20,389 nt of DNA from an uncultured Gammaproteobacteria bacterium (GTDB taxonomy: Bacteria; Patescibacteriota; Patescibacteriia; UBA2591; UBA6264): positions 9,886-30,274 of the forward strand of contig CAZDOL010000008.1 in assembly GCA_964507075.1 (NCBI GenBank). Direction: 5' to 3'. Of the stretch, positions 12,085-20,011 are shown in pieces; position 1 is the first letter of the stretch, and each line of letters starts with the position of its first letter. The position numbers and the translations under genes were made by a program. The notes below the pieces were generated by a model that did not search any database, was not told where the DNA came from, and saw nothing but the letters and a program-made list of their open reading frames with translations.

Positions 12085-13119
12085 TTAATCAGTTAATTTA
12101 GGTTTATCAACGGACAATGCGTCAACGCCCGCCTTGTCTCCTGTTATACCAAGAACATCCTTGTCCATTTTCTGAAACTCCTTATATGTCGTGTTATAGG
12201 CATTTACTGTCGTGCTTAGATTCTGGCCTAATTTTTGCAGAAAAACATCATAAGAACTTATATGTTTCATGAGTTTTTCTACATTTTTTTTGATTTCTTT
12301 TGCAGAATCCTCTATTTGTAAAGAGCGCAAACCCTGTAACACCATTTGCAGATAAGCTAAAAATGTAGTTGGAGAAACAATAATCACATGCTTTTTTGCA
12401 AAAGCATATTCCACCAAACTTGGGGCTTCACTCTTAATGACTCCCACCTGCCCAACTAATAAGTCATAATAAATGGCCTCAGAGGGAACAAACATAAATG
12501 CAAAGTCAAAAGTATTCTTTGAGGTATCAATATATTTAGAGGTTTCGTCAATGCGATTCTTCAGGTCCTGCATAAATAGTTTTTCTAATTGTTGTTGTTT
12601 GATTGTGTTATTCTCTTTAATTAAACGATTGTAATTTTCTAAAGAGAATTTAGCATCAATGGGAATAATTTTCTTTTGGATAAAAATTGCCGCGTCAACA
12701 ATTAAATCTTTGTCAGTTTGTTCATCTTTCCCTAAATTATATTGCATTTTATAGATATTTGGTGGTAAAACATTTTTTAAAACCATCTCCAAACAATACT
12801 CGCCCAAAATTCCACGATGTTTCGGGTTCTTTAAAATGTTCTGAAGGTCTTGTAATTGCCCGCCAAAATCAACTATTTTCTGGTTAGTCTTATCAAGCTT
12901 ACTTAACTTTTCCATAACGCCTTGAATTATTTTTATATTCTGCCCAGATTGAGATTGAATACTGCTGCGTATTTCGCCCATCTGATCTTGCAACATTAAA
13001 ACTCCTTGGCTTTTTATAACATCTTTCTCAAACCTTTCAAAACGTTTATTAAAAGAAAAGAAAAAAATAATCCCGCCCAGTACAAGAAAGATAACTAAAA
13101 TAACTAATAATATAATCAT
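12085..13119 (-). CDS. rmuC: RmuC-family DNA recombination/nuclease protein
   Basis: It has an N-terminal TM helix, a long coiled-coil segment and then an RmuC-like core (VDAAIFIQKKIIPIDAKFSLENY ... DFAFMFVPSEAIYYDLL ... VIIVSPTTFLAYLQ). Confidence 0.8.
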   Translation of the reverse strand: MIILLVILVIFLVLGGIIFFFSFNKRFERFEKDVIKSQGVLMLQDQMGEIRSSIQSQSGQNIKIIQGVMEKLSKLDKTNQKIVDFGGQLQDLQNILKNPKHRGILGEYCLEMVLKNVLPPNIYKMQYNLGKDEQTDKDLIVDAAIFIQKKIIPIDAKFSLENYNRLIKENNTIKQQQLEKLFMQDLKNRIDETSKYIDTSKNTFDFAFMFVPSEAIYYDLLVGQVGVIKSEAPSLVEYAFAKKHVIIVSPTTFLAYLQMVLQGLRSLQIEDSAKEIKKNVEKLMKHISSYDVFLQKLGQNLSTTVNAYNTTYKEFQKMDKDVLGITGDKAGVDALSVDKPKLTD

Positions 13120-13133
13120 AGATTAATATTCTA

Positions 13134-13322
13134 TCATTTTTTCAGCTTAAAAGCAAATTCGCTTAATAGGACCAGAAAACCACTTAATAAAACTATATAT
13201 AAAACAATTCTTATATCAAACCAAAATGAGACAAACCCGGGTTGAAAATCTTCTACCATACAAAGCACAAAAAAACAAACACCGCTCACAATAAATAAAT
13301 CTTTTAGAAACCTATAAAACAT
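13134..13322 (-). CDS. Hypothetical small membrane protein (2 predicted TM helices)
   Basis: This 62-aa protein has two hydrophobic stretches. Its ATG overlaps the TAA stop of the upstream 201-aa ORF (TAATG), which suggests translational coupling. Confidence 0.5.
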   Translation of the reverse strand: MFYRFLKDLFIVSGVCFFVLCMVEDFQPGFVSFWFDIRIVLYIVLLSGFLVLLSEFAFKLKK

Positions 13323-13927
13323 TATTCTTTTTTAATTTTGTTTATTAAATAATTTTTCATATCTGGGAGAATGTCTCTCAGTTCAACAGGAGACCTGTAC
13401 AACCATACTTTAATTTTCTTTATTTTAATTTCATGTCTGGCATTAGTTAGACCAGGCGCAGAAACCATAAACTCTAAAGCGTGATTGTTCATATAATTAG
13501 ACCCTGCCAAAAAATCAACTATTCCATTTTGCCATTCTTTGCTTATTGGATTTTCTAATGGCTTTAATTGAAAGTTCCAATCCAAGGGGTTAATTCTTTT
13601 TTGCATTAAAGCCAATTGTAGAATGGGGTGATTAGGATTTTGATAAGTAATCTCAATCTTCACTTTATTAAAAGTTCTGGGAATTTTTAGCTTAAAATAA
13701 GCTGGTTCAATAAAAATTCTTTGAAAACATTCTGCATCCCCTTCTCTCTCAATTAGCCCCACCCTATTTTCTGGATAAAAATCAGAAATCAAACGCGAGG
13801 AAGAACAAAAATCTTTCTCTAGAATTAGCTCTCCAGCCATTACTAAGTTTTTAGAAATCAACCAAATCCCTAACAATAAAACAATTAACATTAAAAAGAT
13901 TCTATATATTCTTAAAATATGTTTCAT
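13322..13927 (-). CDS. Hypothetical membrane-anchored/secreted protein
   Basis: This 201-aa protein has an N-terminal hydrophobic anchor (IFLMLIVLLLGIWLI). I recognised no motif. It lies in the same operon-like run as the 782-aa membrane protein. Confidence 0.7.
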   Translation of the reverse strand: MKHILRIYRIFLMLIVLLLGIWLISKNLVMAGELILEKDFCSSSRLISDFYPENRVGLIEREGDAECFQRIFIEPAYFKLKIPRTFNKVKIEITYQNPNHPILQLALMQKRINPLDWNFQLKPLENPISKEWQNGIVDFLAGSNYMNNHALEFMVSAPGLTNARHEIKIKKIKVWLYRSPVELRDILPDMKNYLINKIKKE

Positions 13928-13969
13928 GATTAAATTACTTTACTTTATATACGATGTTTTATTTAATTT

Positions 13970-14006
13970 CAAGGTTCTGCGAGCAAAGCGAGCAGGTTCT
14001 TATAAT
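13970..14006. repeat. Repeat E1: CAAGGTTCT-GCGAGCAAAGCGAGC-AGGTTCTTATAAT
   Basis: The direct repeat AGGTTCT (13972-13978 and 13994-14000) brackets a GC-rich core. The element overlaps the stop codon of the 782-aa gene and is similar to E2. Confidence 0.7.
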
Positions 14007-16348
14007 TTAATTTTATTATAATCTTGAGCCTGCGGACTATAAAGCCAAATCATTACTTTTCCTATCTGTTGACGATTGCCTAACATTTCGTCTAAGGATT
14101 CAATAATTTCCTGTCTTTTGTCAAAAAACACCCAATGCTCCTCTGTTATAAAATAACACTCTTTGGCATTAGTAATTTCCATTGCTTTAGTTAAATAACG
14201 AACCGACGGAGAATAATTCATGTTAGCGAATAATTGTACTCTTTCTGGCTGGCGATACTCAATATAATAAGGAAACCCTCCGGCCACGATTTGTCTGCCA
14301 GAGACCCCTTCTAAAGCCAATAAAGGCCAAGTATTAGCTAAAACACAAGGCAAAGAAGAAGCCAATTTGTTGTTTGTTTCGTATTCTTTCCAAATATATT
14401 TAGCAGCATTTAGTTCATCTTTCGTAACTACTTGAAACTTGGGGCCAGAAACGTAAGTAGTGACAGAAACTAGACCCAAAAAAAGAATTATTGCCCAAAG
14501 GATTATCTTCCTGCGAACAGAAGCTAAATAAGTTAATCCCCAAGCCAAAGGAAAAAACATTAGAAAAGAAACCAAAAGCACCAAACGTTTGCTGAAAATA
14601 TGATTACCCTCCATAAAAGAAGAAGCAATTATTTGACTAACCAAAAAAATAACTAGCGAGGTGATTAACCAAAAAGCAATTTTTTTGTTTTTTAATTTAC
14701 TATATTGAACAAACCCTAAAATCACTACAACTAAAATAAGGGGGGTCAAAAATAGCCACCATGGAGCAATCTCAAAAAATATAGACCGTGAAAGCTCCTG
14801 ATTGGTTTGAGCATAAAGCCAATTGTCTTGTTCAAATTGATAAATCCGAGGAAAAATAGCTTCAGAAGAGAAAAGAAAATTAACAGGAAAAATTTTAAGT
14901 GCTTGTGAAATATTAGTAGAAGAAAAGAGGGGTTTCTGAAAACTAGAATATTGATTATGGGTATCTAGTAAAGGAATTGAAATTGAAGCGCATAAAATAA
15001 AAATAATTAAAATTAAAACCCACTTTTTTGCTTTAAGCCCCATAAAACTAGAAAAAACCTTCTTGAAAATCAAAGCCAAAATAAGCATTATAATAAAAAC
15101 AATTAAGTAAAGAATGTAATTAAAATACAAAAATGGAACAAGGAAAAGTGAAAGAACTAAAAAGCGCCGACCAGAAATCAAACCCTTAAAATACTGCCCC
15201 AGAAAAATCAAACCAAATAGAAAGGGTAAAAAAGCAAAAGACATAGGCATGGTGATGCTGCCATAGGCCTGAAAAGGATAAAATAAAAAGGGCAGAAAAA
15301 TAATTAAATATAAAAATTCTTTCTTCTTGGAAAAAAGACTGGCAATCTTTAAAATCAAGAATGGTAAAAATATTGAAAAAAGCAAAGCCCCTAAAAGTAA
15401 ATCAATCCAAAAAATATCTAATCCAGTTAACCAGGACAAGGCAATGGTTAGTCCCCACATATTCGCATAAGATGTTTTATTGCCAGCTACAAAAACTTCA
15501 GGAATCTTTAAGGAGCCAAAGCTTTTGTAAGATATGTTTTTTCCAAATAAAACTGGTTCATAAATATTTCCTTCCATTAAACTTCTCTCTGCTCCTATGT
15601 GTCGCCACTTATCTCCTCCAAAACCAGCCTCATAGGGAATTAATAGATAAGCATGCAAAAGAAGAGAACAAAAAATTATTATCAATAAAAAAGTTTTTAG
15701 TTTGCATTTTGAAAAAATCAAATAGCCAACAATAAGAGATATGGCCAACCAACCATATATGTAAAGAGGGTGAATAACAGTCCACGGGGAACGAATGTAT
15801 TCTCCTGTGCGAGCCCGTAGCAATAGAAAAAATAAAAAAAGAAAAATTATAACCCCTATAAAATACAACGCTTTTGGAACCCTAAGGGATAATCTGTTTG
15901 GAATAATTTTTGACTCTAATGTTTTTGTGTCCCCTTCTTTGCTTTTTGTTATTCTTTTAGATTCCAAAGAAATAATTATAGTTAACAACAAAAGAATAAC
16001 CAAAAAATAAATAGGAATTATTTTATACAAAACAATAGGAATAGCTGTTAAAAAAGCTATTAAAAACAATAAGCAAAAAAATCCCAAAATGAATTGGAAT
16101 TCTTTTTCAAAACCATTCTTTTTTAAAATTAATCCCAGCCAATAAGAATTAAGAAAGAAATAAAAAACAAAACACAAGATATATAAAAAAGTATTTTGAG
16201 TGAATTGAAAATTTAAATACCAAACAATAACAGATAAACAACTTAATATTGTAAAAAAGAAATACTTACTGTGAGCGCAGCGAACAGCAAGGTTCTCGCT
16301 AGAAGCGAGGTTCTTATTATTTTTAATTTTAAAAATTAATCGCATCAT
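14000..16348 (-). CDS. Large polytopic membrane protein with a C-terminal soluble domain (GT-C-like candidate glycosyl/oligosaccharyl transferase; function unproven)
   Basis: This 782-aa protein has many TM helices followed by a hydrophilic tail of about 150 aa. It overlaps the stop of the upstream GT4 gene by 20 nt. The exact start is uncertain because the first ~28 codons cover repeat E2. Confidence 0.8.
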   Translation of the reverse strand: MMRLIFKIKNNKNLASSENLAVRCAHSKYFFFTILSCLSVIVWYLNFQFTQNTFLYILCFVFYFFLNSYWLGLILKKNGFEKEFQFILGFFCLLFLIAFLTAIPIVLYKIIPIYFLVILLLLTIIISLESKRITKSKEGDTKTLESKIIPNRLSLRVPKALYFIGVIIFLFLFFLLLRARTGEYIRSPWTVIHPLYIYGWLAISLIVGYLIFSKCKLKTFLLIIIFCSLLLHAYLLIPYEAGFGGDKWRHIGAERSLMEGNIYEPVLFGKNISYKSFGSLKIPEVFVAGNKTSYANMWGLTIALSWLTGLDIFWIDLLLGALLFSIFLPFLILKIASLFSKKKEFLYLIIFLPFLFYPFQAYGSITMPMSFAFLPFLFGLIFLGQYFKGLISGRRFLVLSLFLVPFLYFNYILYLIVFIIMLILALIFKKVFSSFMGLKAKKWVLILIIFILCASISIPLLDTHNQYSSFQKPLFSSTNISQALKIFPVNFLFSSEAIFPRIYQFEQDNWLYAQTNQELSRSIFFEIAPWWLFLTPLILVVVILGFVQYSKLKNKKIAFWLITSLVIFLVSQIIASSFMEGNHIFSKRLVLLVSFLMFFPLAWGLTYLASVRRKIILWAIILFLGLVSVTTYVSGPKFQVVTKDELNAAKYIWKEYETNNKLASSLPCVLANTWPLLALEGVSGRQIVAGGFPYYIEYRQPERVQLFANMNYSPSVRYLTKAMEITNAKECYFITEEHWVFFDKRQEIIESLDEMLGNRQQIGKVMIWLYSPQAQDYNKIKL
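16288..16320. repeat. Repeat E2: CAAGGTTCT-CGCTAGAAGCG-AGGTTCTTATTAT
   Basis: The direct repeat AGGTTCT (16290-16296 and 16308-16314) brackets the hairpin CTCGCT-AGA-AGCGAG. The element lies just after the GT4 stop and within the first ~28 codons of the 782-aa ORF. Confidence 0.7.
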
Positions 16349-17501
16349 AATATATTTTCTCTATATCTTTTACTATCTGTGGCCAATTATATTTTGTTTG
16401 CACTAATTTTAAGCTTTGTCTCCCAAAATCAACTCTTAATTTTTCATCTTCTGTTAGTTTTTTAATCTTTTGAGCCAAATCCTCAACATCATTGACCTTA
16501 ACTATTAATCCATTTCCTTCTACCAAAGAACTCGGTCCAGCTAAATCAGAAACTATAATTGGTTTAGAGCAAGCCATGGCCTCCAGAGAAACTAGCCCAA
16601 AAGCTTCTGACCTACTCACTGAGGGTAAAACGAAAAGGTCAGATAAATTATAATATAAAGGTAAATCTTCATTGCTCACACTGCCCGCAAATATTACTTT
16701 ATCAGAAATTGCTAATTCCTTGGCTAACCTCTCATACTCTTCTCTTAAATCCCCATCTCCAACGATAATCAATTTTATGGACAAAGAAATCAAATTTTTG
16801 CTGGCCATTGCTCTTAATAAAACCTCAACGCCCTTAAAATAATGAGCTCGGTCAAGTCCTCCAACAAAAAGCACAACCTTGTGATTATCTTGGATCTCGT
16901 ATTTTGATAATAATTTCTTATTCTTCTCTTGCGGAAAAAATCTATTTTGTTCAACACCAAAAGGGCTAATAATAAATTTGTTTTTAAATTTTTGGTAATA
17001 TTTCTTAATCTTTGAAGTTTTTAAATAGGCCAAAGAAGAAACCAAAACCCTTTGCCCGAATTTAGCTAACCAACCATTGAATAAAATATTATATAAAGAA
17101 AAAATAAAACCCCTAACACTAGTGTCAATTAGGTCCATGTGATATTGAATAATCAATCGAGATGAAAGAGACCTATTGAATAATATTGATTCCCCTGTCC
17201 CTCCAAAAGGCCAATGGAGGTGAATAATATCAAATTCTTTCAATTTTTTTGATAATCTGGGTAAAAACGCAGAATTGCCAAATTTAAAAAGCGGTTTTAG
17301 GCGCTGAACTTTAAAGCCGTAATAATCTTCTGTTAATGGCACATTTTTTTTGTATTGAGGAGTGAAAACAACCACTTGATGCCCCAATCTAACTAATTCT
17401 TTAACCTGCTCAAAACAAACATTTCCCATTCCGCTCTTATATGGAAGAAAAGCACAAATAACATGAGCAATTTTTAACCTCTTTTTTAAGTCGTTAATCA
17501 T
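16329..17501 (-). CDS. Glycosyltransferase family 4 (GT-B fold, Glycos_transf_1 type)
   Basis: The N-terminus is IAHVICAFLPYKSGMGNV. The C-terminal domain carries the EX7E-type motif SRSEAFGLVSLEAMACSKPIIVSD. Confidence 0.88.
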   Translation of the reverse strand: MINDLKKRLKIAHVICAFLPYKSGMGNVCFEQVKELVRLGHQVVVFTPQYKKNVPLTEDYYGFKVQRLKPLFKFGNSAFLPRLSKKLKEFDIIHLHWPFGGTGESILFNRSLSSRLIIQYHMDLIDTSVRGFIFSLYNILFNGWLAKFGQRVLVSSLAYLKTSKIKKYYQKFKNKFIISPFGVEQNRFFPQEKNKKLLSKYEIQDNHKVVLFVGGLDRAHYFKGVEVLLRAMASKNLISLSIKLIIVGDGDLREEYERLAKELAISDKVIFAGSVSNEDLPLYYNLSDLFVLPSVSRSEAFGLVSLEAMACSKPIIVSDLAGPSSLVEGNGLIVKVNDVEDLAQKIKKLTEDEKLRVDFGRQSLKLVQTKYNWPQIVKDIEKIYYDAINF

Positions 17502-17545
17502 AATTATTATTCATTTTAACAAAATAATAACCTTAAATCAATGAC

Positions 17546-17565
17546 AAAAAGTCGAGAAGCTCGGC
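17546..17565 (-). terminator. Weak terminator-like hairpin
   Basis: The minus strand reads GCCGAG-CUU-CUCGAC (one C-A mismatch) followed by UUUUUG. It lies between the 64-aa ORF and the GT4 gene. Confidence 0.3.
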
Positions 17566-17595
17566 CTCTCAACTTTCTAATTAAACATATTTTAT

Positions 17596-17790
17596 CTATT
17601 TTCTGAATATTCTATAAATAATCCAAATATAAGACAAAATTGCCAAAATAACCCATATCCAAATATTAATATGAATCCATGTGGCTAAAATAAATCCTAT
17701 TGCAATTCCACACCAAGCACTAATTTTTAAATCAACAAAATCAAATTTTTTGACATTTTTGTTTTTAAACCATTTAAAAAGATTTTTCAT
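17596..17790 (-). CDS. Hypothetical small membrane protein
   Basis: This 64-aa protein has a basic N-terminus and then two Trp/Ile-rich hydrophobic helices. I recognised no homology. Confidence 0.45.
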   Translation of the reverse strand: MKNLFKWFKNKNVKKFDFVDLKISAWCGIAIGFILATWIHINIWIWVILAILSYIWIIYRIFRK

Positions 17791-17826
17791 ACTTTTTGCT
17801 ATTAAACTTATTTAAATCGCTTTCTA

Positions 17827-18099
17827 TTAATTCATTCTTTCTTCTATCCCTCTCCTGAAGCATTCTGTTTCTTCGGTAGTTAGAACCTTTTTGTATTTGG
17901 TCCAAAAATATTTTTTAATTTCTGATAATTCTTTTTCAATAAAATCTGGGTCTTTTATTTTTTTGTATGTCAAATTCAGGTTTCCCAAAACCTCATCTAT
18001 CTCTTTACCACTAAAACCACCCTCATGCAAAGATTTAATCCATCCCGGAACATCATTGTCTGGAATTTGAACTTTTTTAATTTCACTAAAATTTTCCAT
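17827..18099 (-). CDS. Hypothetical protein
   Basis: This 90-aa charged soluble protein matches no motif I recognise. It lies directly downstream of ddl on the same strand. Confidence 0.55.
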   Translation of the reverse strand: MENFSEIKKVQIPDNDVPGWIKSLHEGGFSGKEIDEVLGNLNLTYKKIKDPDFIEKELSEIKKYFWTKYKKVLTTEETECFRRGIEERMN

Positions 18100-18130
18100 A
18101 TAATTTATATTATTTTTGTTTATTTAGATC

Positions 18131-19069
18131 TTAAACTTCCATTGCACATTTAATTAATTCATCTAAAAATTTTCCGAACTCCATTCCAGCGGCCTTAGCC
18201 GCTTTAGGAACTAAGCTTATTTTAGTCATTCCAGGAATAGTATTAATCTCTAAAAAATATAATTTGTCCCTTTCTGTGTCCCATATAAAATCAACTCTTG
18301 CCAAATCTTTACAACCAATGGCTTTAAATATCTCTATAGATAATGTTTTTACCTTCTTGCAAATCTTGTCTGGAATCTTTGCTGGACAAATTTCATCGCT
18401 ACCCCCTACTTCATACTTAGCTTTATAATCAAACCATTTAGAAATCCTCGGTATGATTTCAACTACGGGGAAAGCTTTTGGCGGATTATTTCCGAAAATT
18501 GCCACCGTTAATTCACGGCCTTTTATAAATTTTTCTAAAATAATAGTTGTGTCATACTTAAATCCTTTTTCAATTCCTTCTGCTAACTTTCCGCTTTTTT
18601 GAACAATCGTCATTCCGATTGATGAACCCATTTCATTCGGCTTAATAACAATTGGTAACGACAAAATGTCAACAATTTCCTTAATATTATAATTATCGTT
18701 TTGTCTTAAAACAATATCAGGTACTATTTCTAAATTAGCATTACGAGCAATAAGTTTCGATTTGTGCTTATCCATAGCTAAAGCACTAGCTAATGTTTTG
18801 GAAAAAATATATGGCATGTCCAACATGTCCAACATTCCCTGCAATTTTCCGTCCTCGCCAAAAGGACCATGCAAAAGAGGAAACACTAAATCAAATTCTT
18901 TGGCAAAAATATCATTAATAAATTTTTGCAAATCATCTCTTGCATCATATCGCAATATTTCATATTTATCTTTATCTAATGCTTCATAAACCGCATTAGC
19001 AGAACTAATTGAAATTTCTCTCTCGCTACTACAACCACCAAACAAAAGACAAATTCTTTTTTTACGCAT
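18131..19069 (-). CDS. ddl: D-alanine--D-alanine ligase
   Basis: The motifs LLFGGCSSEREISISSA, PLLHGPFGEDGKLQGMLD and LYFLEINTIPGMT are present in an ATP-grasp layout. The protein is 312 aa. Confidence 0.92.
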   Translation of the reverse strand: MRKKRICLLFGGCSSEREISISSANAVYEALDKDKYEILRYDARDDLQKFINDIFAKEFDLVFPLLHGPFGEDGKLQGMLDMLDMPYIFSKTLASALAMDKHKSKLIARNANLEIVPDIVLRQNDNYNIKEIVDILSLPIVIKPNEMGSSIGMTIVQKSGKLAEGIEKGFKYDTTIILEKFIKGRELTVAIFGNNPPKAFPVVEIIPRISKWFDYKAKYEVGGSDEICPAKIPDKICKKVKTLSIEIFKAIGCKDLARVDFIWDTERDKLYFLEINTIPGMTKISLVPKAAKAAGMEFGKFLDELIKCAMEV

Positions 19070-19120
19070 AATTATTTTTAATCAATTTTTTGGCTTAAAT
19101 TAGCTTAAAATAGAGGATAT

Positions 19121-19147
19121 AAAATGGGGTGACTGTCCCTATTTTTT
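19121..19147. repeat. Partial third copy of the GGGAC-GTCCC hairpin with flanking A-run and T-run
   Basis: The sequence is AAAATGGGGTGACTGTCCCTATTTTTT. It shares the GTCCC(C/T)-TTTTT-CAA tail with element A. It sits between the 206-aa ORF stop (19171) and the ddl start (19069). Confidence 0.4.
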
Positions 19148-19170
19148 CAAGAACCAAATCTTTAACAATT

Positions 19171-19791
19171 TCAACGAATTAAGAAACTATTAGCAATTTC
19201 AGTGAATTGAGACGCATTCTCTTCCCAATCAGCTTGAGTAGTATTAAAAGAAATAACCCAAATATCATTTCCCTTGCCTTTGACTAGAATGAAGAGAACC
19301 TTAAAATCAATCTCGTTCTGGGTCACTTCTCCTTCTAGGGCATACGCTTTGTTGTCGTTAATCTCCAAATCGTTTTCATTGATAAAAACAATTCCTGGGG
19401 TCGCTTGAATAACGGCTTGTTTTAAAGTTTCAATATATTGCTGGTCATCTAAATTCTGTACAGAATCAAGGGTAACTGCGTAATAAGGATGAAAATTAAT
19501 TTGTCTAGCTCGTTCATCATTTACCACGTCCAACATATTAACTGCCATCATAGAAACTCCCATAGGGGCTGTCTGCTCAACCCAACCTTTGGGCACCTTA
19601 ATGCTAAAACCTGTTTCCAAAACAGTTTTATCTTCTGGTTCGCCGTGTTCTCTAATTGCCTGCCTGTCTGGCTCAGAAACTTGTTGATTGTCCTGTTCAG
19701 ACAAATTTCGGTTTTTGTTTGGAGCAAAAATCAAAAATCCCGCAATAACGACAATAACAAGAATGATGATAATAATTAAAATCTTTCTCAT
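19171..19791 (-). CDS. Hypothetical membrane-anchored extracytoplasmic protein
   Basis: It has an N-terminal anchor (ILIIIIILVIVVIAGFLIF) and then an acidic soluble domain (FSIKVPKGWVEQ...). A PsbP/DcrB-like fold is only a guess. Confidence 0.7.
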   Translation of the reverse strand: MRKILIIIIILVIVVIAGFLIFAPNKNRNLSEQDNQQVSEPDRQAIREHGEPEDKTVLETGFSIKVPKGWVEQTAPMGVSMMAVNMLDVVNDERARQINFHPYYAVTLDSVQNLDDQQYIETLKQAVIQATPGIVFINENDLEINDNKAYALEGEVTQNEIDFKVLFILVKGKGNDIWVISFNTTQADWEENASQFTEIANSFLIR

Positions 19792-19875
19792 AATTTTAAA
19801 ACTATATTTATTAATTATTCTCAGGTGTTATTTTATTATACTACTTTTCAAATATAAATAAATAAAAAATAAAAT

Positions 19876-19912
19876 AAAAGCAACGAAATTTACTTAAACT
19901 TCGTTGCTTTTT
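19876..19912 (-). terminator. Intrinsic terminator (bidirectional in appearance)
   Basis: AAAAGCAACGAA (19876-19887) pairs perfectly with TTCGTTGCTTTT (19900-19911) around a 12-nt loop. On the minus strand the stem is followed by a long U-rich tract. It lies downstream of the GT2-like gene and the tiny Lys-rich ORF. Confidence 0.7.
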
Positions 19913-20011
19913 GTATTTAAAAGACTATTTCTTCTTTTTTGGTGTCTTCTTTTTTTTGCCTGCCATAAATCAATAATTAAATTATATAAATAAACGACCT
20001 TTATAATAATT

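Noticed and set aside
2151-19779. Fourteen short ORFs lie antisense to longer genes: 2151-2336, 4044-4238, 4832-5104, 5291-5494, 6304-6513, 7570-7809, 9191-9436, 9881-10072, 11326-11589, 12687-12887, 15361-15735, 15795-16010, 18762-18989 and 19489-19779.
   Set aside because: Each lies entirely (7570-7809 almost entirely) within a longer opposite-strand ORF that has clear family motifs. Their translations are low-complexity with no recognisable motifs. They are typical shadow ORFs of AT-rich DNA.
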